Source of the DNA: a virus | IMG/VR virus record: IMGVR_UViG_3300033233_000031 | Coordinates: 7,489-71,488 of that record | DNA: 64,000 bases | Reading direction: 5' to 3' (one strand) | Part shown: positions 17,466-28,283 of the stretch, one piece after another | How the letters are laid out: every line of letters begins with the position of its first letter | Position numbering within the stretch: position 1 is the first letter of the stretch | Program-made: the position numbers and the translations under genes | The notes under the pieces: model-generated | What the model saw: the letters and a program-made list of their open reading frames with translations, nothing else | Told to the model about the DNA's origin: nothing | Database searches by the model: none

Positions 17466-19730
17466 ATGGCTGCCGTACGCGTTATTCGCTTCCTCCGTCG
17501 TCTCCTCGATGTAGACGACGCTGCGATCGCGGTCGGCAAGTTCCTCCAGGTCCGGGCTGGCGGAGCTGGCGAGCCGCCATTCGTCCACGAGTACGTCGTT
17601 GCTGGAGGGACCGGCGCGACCGGTGTCACCGGGGCAACAGGCGTTCAGGGATCGACGGGGACAGGCACGAGCGGAGCAACGGGGACTGCTGGCGCACCAG
17701 GTCTCGACGGGATCGATGGCGACGATGGTGCGGTCGGTTCGACCGGCACCACAGGAGCGACCGGCTCCGCTGGCGCTACGGGCGCGACGGGATCGACGGG
17801 TGCATCGGGTTCCGCCGGAATCGATGGCCTGGACGGAACGTCTGGCTCGACGGGAGCTCAGGGCGCGACGGGCGTTGCGGGCACGACAGGTACGACCGGG
17901 GCGACGGGTACCGCCGGCAGTACTGGATCCACAGGCGTCGCTGGAGTCGACGGGATCGACGGCCTCCAGGGATCGACAGGATCGGCTGGCGCGACTGGAA
18001 GCCAGGGTGCTACCGGAACCGTAGGCGCCACGGGCACGACCGGCACGACCGGCGCGACTGGCGTCTCTGGTCTGGACGGTATCGACGGCGAGAAGGGGGC
18101 GACCGGATCTCAGGGTGCGACGGGAACGGCGGGCACGCAGGGCTTCACTGGCACGACGGGAACGACTGGCGCCACAGGAACGACGGGCGCCACAGGCACG
18201 CAGGGCAACGATGGTCTCGAGGGAGCTCAGGGCTTCACGGGCACCGTCGGCGCGACGGGGACGACGGGGACCACGGGCGCGACGGGAGCTAACGGCGCCA
18301 CTGGCACGACCGGGACGACCGGCGCCACCGGAGCCGTGGGCCTCGATGGTCTGGATGGCGCTCAAGGATCGACTGGCTCGCAGGGTGCTACGGGCACGCA
18401 GGGCACCCAGGGGTTCACCGGCACCCAAGGATTCACGGGCACACAGGGCACCACGGGTGCGACTGGCGCGCAGGGCAACGATGGCCTCGAAGGGGCGACC
18501 GGATTCACTGGAGTCGCGGGCGCTACCGGCGCGATCGGTGGAACGGGCGTCACGGGTACGACAGGCGCCACCGGCACTGCGGGCCTCGACGGCATCGATG
18601 GTGCGCAAGGAGCAACTGGATCGCAGGGCGGCACCGGCACCGTCGGAGCTACAGGCGCGAACGGCGCGACGGGCACGACAGGGTCAGCGGGTGCCACTGG
18701 CGTCCAGGGCAACGACGGCCTCGAGGGGGCGACTGGCTTCACAGGCGTTGCTGGAGCGACGGGCGCGAACGGAGCGACGGGCATCACGGGCACGACTGGG
18801 GCCACGGGTGTCTCCGGCCTTGACGGCGTCGACGGTTCGCAGGGCGCTACGGGAATTCAGGGCGCAACCGGAACCCAGGGAGCTCAGGGCTTCACCGGAA
18901 CAGCTGGTACGACGGGCTCGACCGGACCGCAGGGAATCGACGGGCTCGACGGAGCGCAGGGAGCTCAGGGCGCAACCGGCACGACCGGCATCCAGGGATT
19001 CACGGGCACCACCGGAGGTACGGGCACGACTGGATCCCAGGGAGCGACCGGAGCAGCTGGTCTCGATGGAGTCGATGGATCGCAGGGATCGACAGGCGCC
19101 ACAGGAACACAGGGCATCCAGGGATTCACCGGAACCACCGGCACGACAGGAGCTACAGGAGCGCAGGGCAACGATGGCCTGGAGGGCGCGACTGGATTCA
19201 CGGGGACGCAGGGCGCGACAGGAGCAGTTGGAGCGACCGGGACGGGGACGGCAGGCGCGACCGGGACGGCGGGTCTCGATGGCCTCGACGGCTCGCAGGG
19301 CGCGACCGGAGTCTCTGGCTCATCAGCCAGCATCAACATCAATCAGACGACGCACGGGTTCGCAGTCGGCGACATCGTGCGCCTCAGCGGGTCGGCGACA
19401 TACACGAAGGCTAAGGCCGACAGCGCCGCGAATGCCGAGGTCGTGGGCATCGTCACCGTCGTGATCGACGCCAACAACTTCACCCTCATCACAAACGGGC
19501 GCGTGACCGGGATGACCGGGCTGACGGCCAACACCGTCTACTTCCTCGATCCCTCCACTGCCGGGGCGCTCACCACGACGGAGACCTCGACGGTCGGCCA
19601 GGTCAGCAAGCCGTGCTTCACCGCCGATACCACGACCACGGGCTACTTCTTCAACTATCGCGGCGAGGTGATCGGCGGCGGCGGCGGATCGGGCGCCGAG
19701 ACCCTCTTCACATACACGTTCGGGAGGTAA
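17466..19730 (+). CDS. collagen-like (Gly-X-Thr) fibre protein with C-terminal beta domain
   Basis: About 570 aa of near-continuous Gly-X-Y; C-terminal [26 protein letters not shown] domain. Confidence 0.9.
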   Translation: MAAVRVIRFLRRLLDVDDAAIAVGKFLQVRAGGAGEPPFVHEYVVAGGTGATGVTGATGVQGSTGTGTSGATGTAGAPGLDGIDGDDGAVGSTGTTGATGSAGATGATGSTGASGSAGIDGLDGTSGSTGAQGATGVAGTTGTTGATGTAGSTGSTGVAGVDGIDGLQGSTGSAGATGSQGATGTVGATGTTGTTGATGVSGLDGIDGEKGATGSQGATGTAGTQGFTGTTGTTGATGTTGATGTQGNDGLEGAQGFTGTVGATGTTGTTGATGANGATGTTGTTGATGAVGLDGLDGAQGSTGSQGATGTQGTQGFTGTQGFTGTQGTTGATGAQGNDGLEGATGFTGVAGATGAIGGTGVTGTTGATGTAGLDGIDGAQGATGSQGGTGTVGATGANGATGTTGSAGATGVQGNDGLEGATGFTGVAGATGANGATGITGTTGATGVSGLDGVDGSQGATGIQGATGTQGAQGFTGTAGTTGSTGPQGIDGLDGAQGAQGATGTTGIQGFTGTTGGTGTTGSQGATGAAGLDGVDGSQGSTGATGTQGIQGFTGTTGTTGATGAQGNDGLEGATGFTGTQGATGAVGATGTGTAGATGTAGLDGLDGSQGATGVSGSSASININQTTHGFAVGDIVRLSGSATYTKAKADSAANAEVVGIVTVVIDANNFTLITNGRVTGMTGLTANTVYFLDPSTAGALTTTETSTVGQVSKPCFTADTTTTGYFFNYRGEVIGGGGGSGAETLFTYTFGR

Positions 19731-19733
19731 GAG

Positions 19734-20126
19734 ATGGCTGCAGCACCTATCTACACCGGGACGGTCAATGTCGGCTCGGGGCTCGTCCCGGGGACAGCGG
19801 ACACGTCGCGCACGGCGCCGTCCAACGCCACAACGATCTTCACTGCCGGCTCGTCAGGTAGTCGTATCGAGGAGATCATCTTCCAGGGCGTTGGCACAAC
19901 CGTCGCAGGGATCGTCTGCGTCTTCCGCCACGACGGGTCGACCTATCACCTGATCGACGAGGTCGCCATCACAGCCGTCACACCGTCGACGACGGTTGCC
20001 GCTTTCCGCACGACGCGCCAGTACGCGAACCTACTCCTGAAGTCAGGTGACACGCTTCGTGTCACGACGCAGATCGCGGGCAACCAGTCGCTCGTCAAGG
20101 TCACCGCAGAAGGCGGGGACTTCTAG
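19734..20126 (+). CDS. fibre-associated structural/adaptor protein
   Basis: 130-aa beta-rich ORF between the collagen and glycine-rich genes; GGAGG RBS. Confidence 0.6.
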   Translation: MAAAPIYTGTVNVGSGLVPGTADTSRTAPSNATTIFTAGSSGSRIEEIIFQGVGTTVAGIVCVFRHDGSTYHLIDEVAITAVTPSTTVAAFRTTRQYANLLLKSGDTLRVTTQIAGNQSLVKVTAEGGDF

Positions 20127-20129
20127 AAG

Positions 20130-21059
20130 ATGAGCAACAAAGGGCTGCTTGGCCCTCCTCTGTCTGCGGTCGTCCCGGTCGACGTCCAACTCTTCACGCC
20201 GCTGAACGCTGCTCCCGTCTGGATCAAGCCTCGCGGCGCTACATGGGTTGAGGTCATTTGCGTTGGCGGTGGCGGTGGCGGCGGCACTGGGGCAGGGAAC
20301 ACAGGAGGCACCGCGGGCGGCGGCGGAGGCGGCGCTGGTGGCGCAGTCTCGGTTGCCCTAATGCGCGCCTCTGATCTGCCTGATGCGGTGGTCGTCATTG
20401 CCGGTGCTGGTGGCATCGGCGGAGCTGGCGACGGAGGGTTGAGTAGTTTCGGCTCACTGTTGAAAGCGGGCGGAGGTGGCGGTGGGGCAACGGGCGACAA
20501 CAACGGCGCTATCAGCGGGGGCGGTGGATCGGTTGTTGCCAGCGGCGTCGGTTCAACGGCTGGTGCTCCGTCGTCCGCTACCGCTATCGGCGGTCAGGCT
20601 GCAACATCTCCCGGCACAACGACAAACACGCCGGGCAACAACGCCGAGTGGGGCGGAGCTTCCGGCGGATGTGTTTCGGGAGGAGCCGTGGGGGGTGCAG
20701 CAGGCGGCAGCTCGATCTACGGCGGGCCTGCCGGTGGATCTGGCGCTGGCAAGGGAGCAGGATCTGGTAACGGTTCGGCGGGCCCGGGCGGCATCACGCA
20801 GTCTTACGCGGCTGGCGGTGGCGCGGCAGCCGGTGGCAGCGCTGGCGTGGCTGGGACGGCAGGCACGACCTTCCTCGGGCCTTACTGCGGAGGCGGCGGC
20901 GGAGGCGGCGGCAGCAACGCGGGGGCGGGTAATCCAAGCGGAGCAGGTGGAGATGGCGGCATCGGGGCTGGCGGCGGCGGCGCTGGCGCCGCTGATGTCG
21001 GGCAAGCCGCAACCGGCGGCAAGGGCGGAGACGGCTACGTGAGGGTGACTTGCTGGTGA
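20130..21059 (+). CDS. glycine-rich adhesin-like protein, paralog 1
   Basis: WIKPRGA..VICVGGGGGGG...GGKGGDGYVRVTCW. Confidence 0.8.
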   Translation: MSNKGLLGPPLSAVVPVDVQLFTPLNAAPVWIKPRGATWVEVICVGGGGGGGTGAGNTGGTAGGGGGGAGGAVSVALMRASDLPDAVVVIAGAGGIGGAGDGGLSSFGSLLKAGGGGGGATGDNNGAISGGGGSVVASGVGSTAGAPSSATAIGGQAATSPGTTTNTPGNNAEWGGASGGCVSGGAVGGAAGGSSIYGGPAGGSGAGKGAGSGNGSAGPGGITQSYAAGGGAAAGGSAGVAGTAGTTFLGPYCGGGGGGGGSNAGAGNPSGAGGDGGIGAGGGGAGAADVGQAATGGKGGDGYVRVTCW

Positions 21060-22073
21060 GCAACCGCGGGACATTCGGAATGCCTCTCGCCGCTCTAGCG
21101 GGAGTTGATATTCGCGTCTACACGCCGCTGGATTCCGCGCCCGTCTGGCTGAAGCCAAAAGGGGCGCGTTATGTTCGCGTGATCTGTATCGGCTCTGGAG
21201 GCGGTGGTGGCGGTGGTGCCACCAGCGTTCTCTCGGTCGGCGGCGGCGGCGGCGGCGGTGGGGGAGCAGTTTCTGTTGGTCTGTTCCGCGCTTCTGATCT
21301 TGCTGATGCCGTTCAGATCACAGCGCCTACCGGAGGCGTTGGTGGTGCCAATACCTTTGGCGGCGCAGCTGGCGGAACGACGTCTTTCGGTTCATACCTC
21401 AAGGCCGGCGGTGGCGGAGGCGGCGGCGCCGCTGACAACAGTGGGAACGGGCCTGGCGGTGGCGGTGGTGGAGGATCGGTTGTCGCCTCAGGTTCAGCTG
21501 GAGGCAACGCTCCGGGAAGCTCAGCAGGCGCAGGGGGCGCGGCCGGAGCGCCAAGCTCGGCTACTGCCATAGCCGCTCAAGCGTCTGCTGTCGGTGGAGG
21601 TGCTAGTGAGTGGGGAGGAGCTAACGCCGGAGGCGGTGGGTACCCAGGGGCAGGCAACAACGGAAACCAGTCGATCTATGGTGGCCCAGGTGGTGGCGGT
21701 GGAGGTGGCAGGCATAACAGTGGAGCCGCTGGCGCTGGCGGGGTCGGTGGAGGGACGCAGGGATATTCGTCCGGCGGAGGTGCGGCGTCCGACACCGCGG
21801 GTGTGTTCACAGGGCCGTACTGCGGACAGGGTGGCGGCGGCGGCACTGGTGGCAGCGGGGGCGTCGCCAGCAAAGGTGGTCTTGGCGCTGGCGGTGGCGG
21901 TGGCGGTGGGAATGGGGCAACAGGAGGAAACGGTGGAGACAGCCGAGTGATAGTGGTTTCCTGGTGAGCAATCCCGGCATCATGTCTCTGCCGAAGAGCG
22001 GGCGCTTCACGCCCGACGTCCAACTCTTCACGCCGCTGAACGCTGCTCCCGTCTGGATCAAGCCTCGCGGCGC
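20180..22073 (+). repeat. exact 60-bp direct repeat (20180-20239 and 22014-22073)
   Basis: CGACGTCCAACTCTTCACGCCGCTGAACGCTGCTCCCGTCTGGATCAAGCCTCGCGGCGC occurs in paralogs 1 and 3. Confidence 0.9.
21056..21967 (+). CDS. glycine-rich adhesin-like protein, paralog 2
   Basis: WLKPKGA..VICIGSGGGGG...GGNGGDSRVIVVSW; GTGA overlap. Confidence 0.8.
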   Translation: MSNRGTFGMPLAALAGVDIRVYTPLDSAPVWLKPKGARYVRVICIGSGGGGGGGATSVLSVGGGGGGGGGAVSVGLFRASDLADAVQITAPTGGVGGANTFGGAAGGTTSFGSYLKAGGGGGGGAADNSGNGPGGGGGGGSVVASGSAGGNAPGSSAGAGGAAGAPSSATAIAAQASAVGGGASEWGGANAGGGGYPGAGNNGNQSIYGGPGGGGGGGRHNSGAAGAGGVGGGTQGYSSGGGAASDTAGVFTGPYCGQGGGGGTGGSGGVASKGGLGAGGGGGGGNGATGGNGGDSRVIVVSW

Positions 22074-22914
22074 GCGCTTCGTCGAAGTCATCTGCGTCGG
22101 AAGCGGTGGTGGCGGCGGCGGTGGCGGTTCAGGCAATACCACCAACTCGGTCGTCGGTGGTGCTGGCGGCGGCGGCGGTGCGGTATCGGTGGCGTACATG
22201 CTCGCCTCCGATCTGCTGGATGTGGTCGCCATTACTGTCGCAGCTGGCGGAGCGGGTGGGGCGGCGGGAACGGGGAGTGGCGGGTCGGGTACTGCGGGCA
22301 CCAATGGAGCAGTGTCTAGCTTCGGTTCCTACTTGAAAGCCGGTGGCGGCGGCGGCGGCGCTGGAGGATTCCTGAATAACGGATCCACATCCGGTGGCGG
22401 CGGCGGGTCGGTTGTCACATCAGCCAGCGGCACGACAGCAGGCACGCCGTCGAGCGCTACGGCGATAGGCGGCCAATCGGGGACATCGGGGGCAAACGCC
22501 GCAGGGAATCCGGCCGAGTGGGGAGGTGCAGCTGGTGGCGGTACCGCCCAAGACAGTACGGGTCGGAACGGTGGCTGCTCAATCTACGGCGGGCCGGGAG
22601 GCGGCGGCGCTGGAAGCAACGCTGCTGGAGGCGCGGGTCACGACGGTTCTTCGGGAGGAACTACCCAGAGCTACAGCAATGGCGGCGGTGGAATAGCAGG
22701 CAGCAGCAGCCCTGGCGGAAATGGCACCCTATTTTTGGGGCCGTATTGTGGGAGCGCAGGCGGCGGCGGGTCGACACCTAATCCCACTGCTAACGATGGT
22801 GGCAAAGGTGGCTACGCAGCAGGCGGCGGCGGTGGCGGTTCTTTCTACGACCCGGGTACGGCTGGTGCTGGCGGCAAGGGTGGCGATGGCTATGTCAAGG
22901 TGACTTGCTGGTGA
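21964..22914 (+). CDS. glycine-rich adhesin-like protein, paralog 3
   Basis: WIKPRGA..VICVGSGGGGG...GGKGGDGYVKVTCW; GTGA overlap. Confidence 0.8.
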   Translation: MSNPGIMSLPKSGRFTPDVQLFTPLNAAPVWIKPRGARFVEVICVGSGGGGGGGGSGNTTNSVVGGAGGGGGAVSVAYMLASDLLDVVAITVAAGGAGGAAGTGSGGSGTAGTNGAVSSFGSYLKAGGGGGGAGGFLNNGSTSGGGGGSVVTSASGTTAGTPSSATAIGGQSGTSGANAAGNPAEWGGAAGGGTAQDSTGRNGGCSIYGGPGGGGAGSNAAGGAGHDGSSGGTTQSYSNGGGGIAGSSSPGGNGTLFLGPYCGSAGGGGSTPNPTANDGGKGGYAAGGGGGGSFYDPGTAGAGGKGGDGYVKVTCW

Positions 22915-22966
22915 TCGGTGACATGAGAATCGGTGTCCGTCAGATCATGAAGCGAAGATTGCCCTA

Positions 22967-23875
22967 ATGGGCCAGTCTGCTCTCAACAACGTCTCACTCA
23001 CCGGGGCCACCGGAGTCACGGGGGCAACCGGCACGGGGACGACCGGAGCGACCGGCGTCGGTCTGGATGGCATCGATGGGCTGCAGGGCCCGGCTGGCGC
23101 CGTCGGTGCCACGGGAGCTGGCACTACGGGCGCTACGGGTACGACCGGCGCGACCGGCACGTCAGGCCTTGACGGGATCGACGGCGAGAAGGGCGCAACA
23201 GGCGCTGGCGCGACGGGCACCACCGGCACCACCGGAGCGACAGGCACTACTGGCGCCACGGGTGTATCGGGACTCGACGGAATCGACGGAGAGAAGGGCG
23301 CGACCGGCTCAGGAGCGACCGGAGTCACGGGAGCGACAGGCACGACGGGAACGACCGGCGCCACGGGCGGCAAGGCGGCTGGAGTGATCTATGTCGCGGC
23401 GGCGGCTATGTGGCCTTCGATCACGAGCGGCTGCCAGACGCCGACGCAGACAGAAGCGGCGACGAACAAGGTGAACTACATCACCTGCGACTTCGATACA
23501 ACGACGCAGGAATTCGCCGAGTTCACGCTCGCTATGCCATCCGACTGGGATGCAGGAACGATCACGGCGCAGTTCTGGTGGACGGCGACCGGCACGAGCA
23601 CCAACTCGATCGTCTGGGCGCTCGAGGGTCGCTCGCTTGGTGACTCGGAGACGATCGACCAGTCGCAGACGGGTGCGCAGCAGATCGCGGACGCCCATAC
23701 GGCCACGGCATCGCAAGCTCAGCTGTCCGGGGCCACGCCGGCGATCACCCTGACGGGCGCGGGCGCCTCGGATCTCTGCTTCTTCCGCGTGAAGCGCGTC
23801 CCGGCGGATGGGTCGGACACGTTGGCAGTCGATGGCCAGCTGCTCGGCGTGGTCATCAACTACACGCGCGCATGA
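22967..23875 (+). CDS. short collagen-like protein with C-terminal beta-sandwich domain
   Basis: About 125 aa of interrupted GATG repeats, then [24 protein letters not shown] domain. Confidence 0.85.
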   Translation: MGQSALNNVSLTGATGVTGATGTGTTGATGVGLDGIDGLQGPAGAVGATGAGTTGATGTTGATGTSGLDGIDGEKGATGAGATGTTGTTGATGTTGATGVSGLDGIDGEKGATGSGATGVTGATGTTGTTGATGGKAAGVIYVAAAAMWPSITSGCQTPTQTEAATNKVNYITCDFDTTTQEFAEFTLAMPSDWDAGTITAQFWWTATGTSTNSIVWALEGRSLGDSETIDQSQTGAQQIADAHTATASQAQLSGATPAITLTGAGASDLCFFRVKRVPADGSDTLAVDGQLLGVVINYTRA

Positions 23876-24612
23876 GCCTCATCATCCCGACCTTCAGGGC
23901 GGTCGACACCGCTGTGTTCACCTCGAACAACGTGGCGAACCCGACCACGCTCTCGCCAGCGCTCCCCACTCGTGTCCGCGGCGATGTGCTCCTCTGCTTC
24001 GCCTGGTCGAGATCAATCACAGCCACAGTGGCGACGCCAGCGGGATGGACGCTCCTCACGACCTTCCCGCTTCGCTCGGCAACGGCCTCAGGTGGCTCGC
24101 TTTACGTCTTCGCCATCCTCGTCGACGGGGCGGAGACTGCGCCATCGATTGTCTGGACGGGGCTCACGACGGGCACGAGCGGCGACGCTTCGGGGGCTGC
24201 GATCTGCTCCTACTCCGGCGTGGATGTCTCGCGCGGCATCGCGAACATTCAGGCCGGTACGGCGACGTCCAGCGATCAGGCCGGGAGCACCACGACCGTC
24301 ACGATCCCGGCGATCACACTGGTCTCACAAGCTCTTTGGGTCGGCTTTGCCCTGAAGCTCCTGGAGTCGGGCGCCGCAACTTTCACGCCGCCGACGAACT
24401 TCACCGAGCGCCTCGACTACAACACCACGACAGGTACGGGTCACTTCGGAGAGATCTCGGATCGCTTCCTGACGGCGATCGGATCCTCAGGATCGACGAC
24501 GTGCGCGCCCTCTGTCACGACATCGTCGCGGGCACTCGGTGTCTCCCTGGCTCTTCGCCGAGCTCAGCCGCCGCGGTCGATGACGAACTTCCAGAATCCT
24601 GGCCTGCTCTGA
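23872..24612 (+). CDS. Thr-rich structural protein
   Basis: [13 protein letters not shown] and TPPTNFTER internal repeat; ATGA coupling. Confidence 0.65.
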   Translation: MSLIIPTFRAVDTAVFTSNNVANPTTLSPALPTRVRGDVLLCFAWSRSITATVATPAGWTLLTTFPLRSATASGGSLYVFAILVDGAETAPSIVWTGLTTGTSGDASGAAICSYSGVDVSRGIANIQAGTATSSDQAGSTTTVTIPAITLVSQALWVGFALKLLESGAATFTPPTNFTERLDYNTTTGTGHFGEISDRFLTAIGSSGSTTCAPSVTTSSRALGVSLALRRAQPPRSMTNFQNPGLL

Positions 24613-24640
24613 TCCGGTCCTCCTTGTAGAGTCCTCCGAC

Positions 24641-25234
24641 ATGGAGACACAGTTCACGCAAGAGCTCGACCACCAGGCATGGGAGAGCGACTGGTGGGGC
24701 AAGTGCCTGATCACCTTCGGCGAAGAAGCGAAGCAGCTCACCTACGCGCATGTGATGGGCCTCGTGAACATGCCGCGCGACGGCCACTGGCCGGTCTACG
24801 ACCTCGCAGGTAGATCTGTTCTAGATCTCGGCGGCGGCCCGGTCTCGATGCTTCTGAAGACGGTGAACGGAGCAACCCGCACCGTCGTCGACCCGTGCTC
24901 CTACCCCGACTGGGTGGGCGCGCGCTACGAGGCAGCCGGGATCGACTACGTCGTTCAGGAGGCGGAGACCTTCGCCGGTGAGCGCCACGACGAGGTCTGG
25001 ATCTACAACGTGCTGCAGCATGTGATCGACCCCAAGGCTGTGATCCGAACCGCGCAGAAGCACGGTGCGCTGCTGCGGATCTTCGAGTGGCTCGAGACGC
25101 CGGCGATGCCCGGGCACCCGCACACGCTGCACGCCGACAAGCTGAACAAGTGGATCGAAGCCACGGGCACCGTCAATCAGATCGACGAGAACGGAGCCGT
25201 CGGGCTCGCCTACTACGGTGCCTTCGAGCTGTGA
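24641..25234 (+). CDS. class I SAM-dependent methyltransferase
   Basis: VLDLGGGP motif I, VVDP and YNVLQHVIDP. Confidence 0.85.
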   Translation: METQFTQELDHQAWESDWWGKCLITFGEEAKQLTYAHVMGLVNMPRDGHWPVYDLAGRSVLDLGGGPVSMLLKTVNGATRTVVDPCSYPDWVGARYEAAGIDYVVQEAETFAGERHDEVWIYNVLQHVIDPKAVIRTAQKHGALLRIFEWLETPAMPGHPHTLHADKLNKWIEATGTVNQIDENGAVGLAYYGAFEL

Positions 25235-25563
25235 GAGAGAAGAGTCGCGCAACCCAGGAATGGATCCTGCGTCTGCTCGATGAAGACGGACCGCAAAGCG
25301 CCAATGAGCTCAGCAAGAAGATGTATCTCGAGCAATGGGAACGCTGGGCAGAAGAGCACGATCTGGGCGGCGAGATCGAATGGGACTCTGGCTCAGAGCC
25401 AGTCGGCGCTCGCTTGCTTGCGAACGTCGAGGCCAGGAAGCGTGGCGTTGTCGCCCTGGCGTCGTATCGTCTCTACAACCATCTTGTCCGCATGGAGCGC
25501 GATGGATTCATCGAGCGGATTCAGATTCCGGGTCACCGGCCGATACTTTGGCGGCGTGCGTGA
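25231..25563 (+). CDS. winged-helix protein
   Basis: ILRLLDEDGPQSANELS...LYNHLVRMERDGFIER. Confidence 0.6.
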   Translation: MREKSRATQEWILRLLDEDGPQSANELSKKMYLEQWERWAEEHDLGGEIEWDSGSEPVGARLLANVEARKRGVVALASYRLYNHLVRMERDGFIERIQIPGHRPILWRRA

Positions 25564-25578
25564 TCATTGGAGGGAAAC

Positions 25579-26739
25579 TTGAGTAGCGGAGCTCTGCACG
25601 TTGTCGCGATGCCACATGTCCAGACGAACGGCGCGTACTGGACGTGCGCCTATACCCAGAAGGTCATCAACTTCTGCCGGATGCACTACGGCCACGATCG
25701 CAAGGTCTTCCTCTATTCCGGCGAGGAGAACATCGCGCCCTGCGACGAGCACATCGTCTGCGTCACGAAGAAGCAGCAGAAGAGCTGGTTCGGGGAGCAC
25801 GACGAAGGCGACATCGACCGCGGCGGCTTCAACTTCAACGCGGCCGAGGCCTGGTGGACGGAGATGAACGCGCGCGCGATCGGCGAGATCAGGAAGCGCT
25901 GCGAGCAGACCGACCTTCTCTGCATCACGCAGGGCCAGTCGCAGCAGCTGATCGCCGACGCGATCCCGTTCCTGACCGTCGCCGAGATCGGTGTCGGCTA
26001 CGAGGGCATCATCCTCAGCCGCAAAGGTGGGCCGTGCTTCGCCGCCTACGAGTCGCTCGCCTTCATGCACTTCGTCTACGGCCTGAACGGATGGCGATGC
26101 CCGAATCGCTGGTACGACACCGTCATCCCCAACTACTTCGACCCGCAAGACTTCCCGCTCGTCAATCAGGGCGGTGGCGAGTATCTGCTCTTCATGGGCA
26201 GGCTCGTGCAGCAGAAGGGCGTCGACTGGGCGGCGAAGGTGGCAGCAGCGCTGGAGATGCCGCTGATCGTCGCGGGATCAGGCGCCACTGCGCATGGAGA
26301 CGGCTGGGTCGAGGTTGTCGACCCGCCGCGGCGGGTCGAATGTCCGGGGCTCAAGTACGTCGGCCCAGTCGGCTGGGAGGAGCGCGCAGAGCTCATGTCG
26401 GGCGCCGCGGTGCTGCTCGCGCCGACCATGTACCTCGAGCCGTTCGGCGGTGTCGCCGTCGAGGCCATGCTGGCCGGTACCCCCGCAGTCACGACCGATT
26501 GGGGCGCGTTCACGGAGACAGTCCAGGAGGATGTCTCCGGCTATCGCTTCCGAACTCTCTGGGGCGCGGTGCAGGCAACTCAGAAGGCGATGGAGCTCTC
26601 CAATCAGGGAATCCGCGACTACGCGATCGCGCGCTACTCGCTCGATGCAGTCCGCCCGCTCTACGACGAATGGTTCGCGCGTCTCGATGGCCTCTGGGGC
26701 CATGGTCTTCTCGATCTCCCGGAGAAGCAAACCGCCTAG
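25579..26739 (+). CDS. glycosyltransferase family 4 (GT-B)
   Basis: LFMGRLVQQKG and EPFGGVAVEAMLAGTPAVTTDWG motifs. Confidence 0.92.
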   Translation: MSSGALHVVAMPHVQTNGAYWTCAYTQKVINFCRMHYGHDRKVFLYSGEENIAPCDEHIVCVTKKQQKSWFGEHDEGDIDRGGFNFNAAEAWWTEMNARAIGEIRKRCEQTDLLCITQGQSQQLIADAIPFLTVAEIGVGYEGIILSRKGGPCFAAYESLAFMHFVYGLNGWRCPNRWYDTVIPNYFDPQDFPLVNQGGGEYLLFMGRLVQQKGVDWAAKVAAALEMPLIVAGSGATAHGDGWVEVVDPPRRVECPGLKYVGPVGWEERAELMSGAAVLLAPTMYLEPFGGVAVEAMLAGTPAVTTDWGAFTETVQEDVSGYRFRTLWGAVQATQKAMELSNQGIRDYAIARYSLDAVRPLYDEWFARLDGLWGHGLLDLPEKQTA

Positions 26740-26772
26740 AGACGACCTCCCGACTCCCTACACTGCGGAGGC

Positions 26773-27909
26773 ATGGCGATCGAAGCGACCCAGAGCGAGG
26801 TCTTCGAGGCCGTCTACGAGGCTGGCGTCGTCGGGCTCGCCGGAAACCTCGCTGTCGCGATCAACGACAACCAGAACAACAACGTCTTCGGCCCGACGAC
26901 GCTGCAGATCATCGAGCTGACTGTGGGCGGCAATCCGATCGGCACGTACCGCGCGATGCTCACGGCGCCGGCTGATCTCGGCCAGTACTCGATCAACTGG
27001 TCGAACGATGGCTCCTTCGATCCGGACCATGGCGGCGCAGTCGAGGATCTCATCGTCGGCCTGCCTGGGAGCTTCGGCCCTCCGGCGATAGGACTCGATC
27101 TCGAAGACAGCGCGCTCTGCAACGCCTGGACGACGTCGGAGGAGGTCGCGCTCTGTTGCAATCTCGACAACGTCGGGTCAGACACGACGATTCTCGACTG
27201 GGCCGTGGTCTCGGCATCCGAACTGCTCTACGAGGCATCGGGACACCGCTTCCCCGGCGAGTGCGAGCGCACCGTCCGTCCCTGCCATGGCGACAGCTGC
27301 CTCTTCGGAATCCAGATCCTCTCGCGCGGGCACCTCGTCGGCTGGAACGGCTGGCGTTGGGGCAGCTACGAGTGCGGCTGCACGCCGACCTCGCGCGTGA
27401 AGCTCGCCGGGCGCGTCAAGGAGATCGTCGAGGTGCGCATCGACGGCTCGGTGCTCGATCCCAGCCAGTACACCGTTGAGGGGAGGCGCTGGCTGATCCG
27501 GCGTAGCCCGCATCGCTGGCCTGTCTGTCAGACGATCGGGCTGCCCGACACGGAGCCCGGGACATGGAGCGTCACCTACTCCTACGGCAAGAACCCGCCG
27601 GTGATCGGGCAGGGAGCAGCTCGAGCTCTCGCTTGCGAGATCGTGAAGTCATGCACTCCCGGCGTCGAATGTCTGATCCCGCCTGGTGCCACTCGCATCA
27701 CGCGTCAGGGCATCACGTTCGAGCGCAGCCAGTTCATGCGCCTTCGCTCCGGTCCGCGCCTGAAGGGTCAGGTCGGCGTCTTCTGGCAGACGGGAATCCA
27801 GGAGGTTGACTTCTTCCTGAACGGGATCAACCCGAACGGCATCCCACGGCGGGCGACCTTCTGGAGCGCCTCCTCGCGGAACCGCTACGCGAGGCCGAAC
27901 TCGATTTGA
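26773..27909 (+). CDS. head-to-tail adaptor
   Basis: ASELLY..SG..F.G.C..TVRPC, WPVCQ, LACEIVK.C and ITRQG motifs. Confidence 0.75.
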   Translation: MAIEATQSEVFEAVYEAGVVGLAGNLAVAINDNQNNNVFGPTTLQIIELTVGGNPIGTYRAMLTAPADLGQYSINWSNDGSFDPDHGGAVEDLIVGLPGSFGPPAIGLDLEDSALCNAWTTSEEVALCCNLDNVGSDTTILDWAVVSASELLYEASGHRFPGECERTVRPCHGDSCLFGIQILSRGHLVGWNGWRWGSYECGCTPTSRVKLAGRVKEIVEVRIDGSVLDPSQYTVEGRRWLIRRSPHRWPVCQTIGLPDTEPGTWSVTYSYGKNPPVIGQGAARALACEIVKSCTPGVECLIPPGATRITRQGITFERSQFMRLRSGPRLKGQVGVFWQTGIQEVDFFLNGINPNGIPRRATFWSASSRNRYARPNSI

Positions 27910-28283
27910 GCGTCACGCTCCACGACGGCGCGATCGATCAGTTCTTCCGCTCGACGAGCGGAGAGATGGCTCGCTACATCCGCAAGCGCTCAACGAAGAT
28001 CAAGGCGCTGACGGCGCGCAACATGAGCGCCCATTTCCGGGACGGCGGGATGATCGTCGGGCTTCAGATCAAGGGCCCGTTCCCGAACCCGACGGGCGTG
28101 TACGAACTCGTTGGCTCTGACGCGACAAAGCCGTGGAGTGGGCATCAGCCCTTCAACTACCCGATCGCGCTCGAGCTCGGGTTCCCACCTGCGAGCGGCC
28201 CCGGAAAGTCGACCGCTGGGGACTACCACTACCCGATGATCATTCCCGCGGTCGAAGACGCTGGCTTCTCGCCGATCGCATGA
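27906..28283 (+). CDS. neck/tail completion protein (HK97 gp10-like, tentative)
   Basis: Position after the adaptor; YPIALELG and PMIIPA motifs. Confidence 0.5.
   Translation: MSVTLHDGAIDQFFRSTSGEMARYIRKRSTKIKALTARNMSAHFRDGGMIVGLQIKGPFPNPTGVYELVGSDATKPWSGHQPFNYPIALELGFPPASGPGKSTAGDYHYPMIIPAVEDAGFSPIA

Noticed and set aside
17268-19464. Long alternative-frame ORFs over the collagen gene, including PVAPV repeats
   Set aside because: By-products of repetitive Gly-X-Thr codons that lack stops in other frames
20130-22914. Diversity-generating retroelement or invertase shufflon acting on the adhesins
   Set aside because: No reverse transcriptase or recombinase in the window, the repeats are direct, and no adenine-specific mismatch pattern was seen
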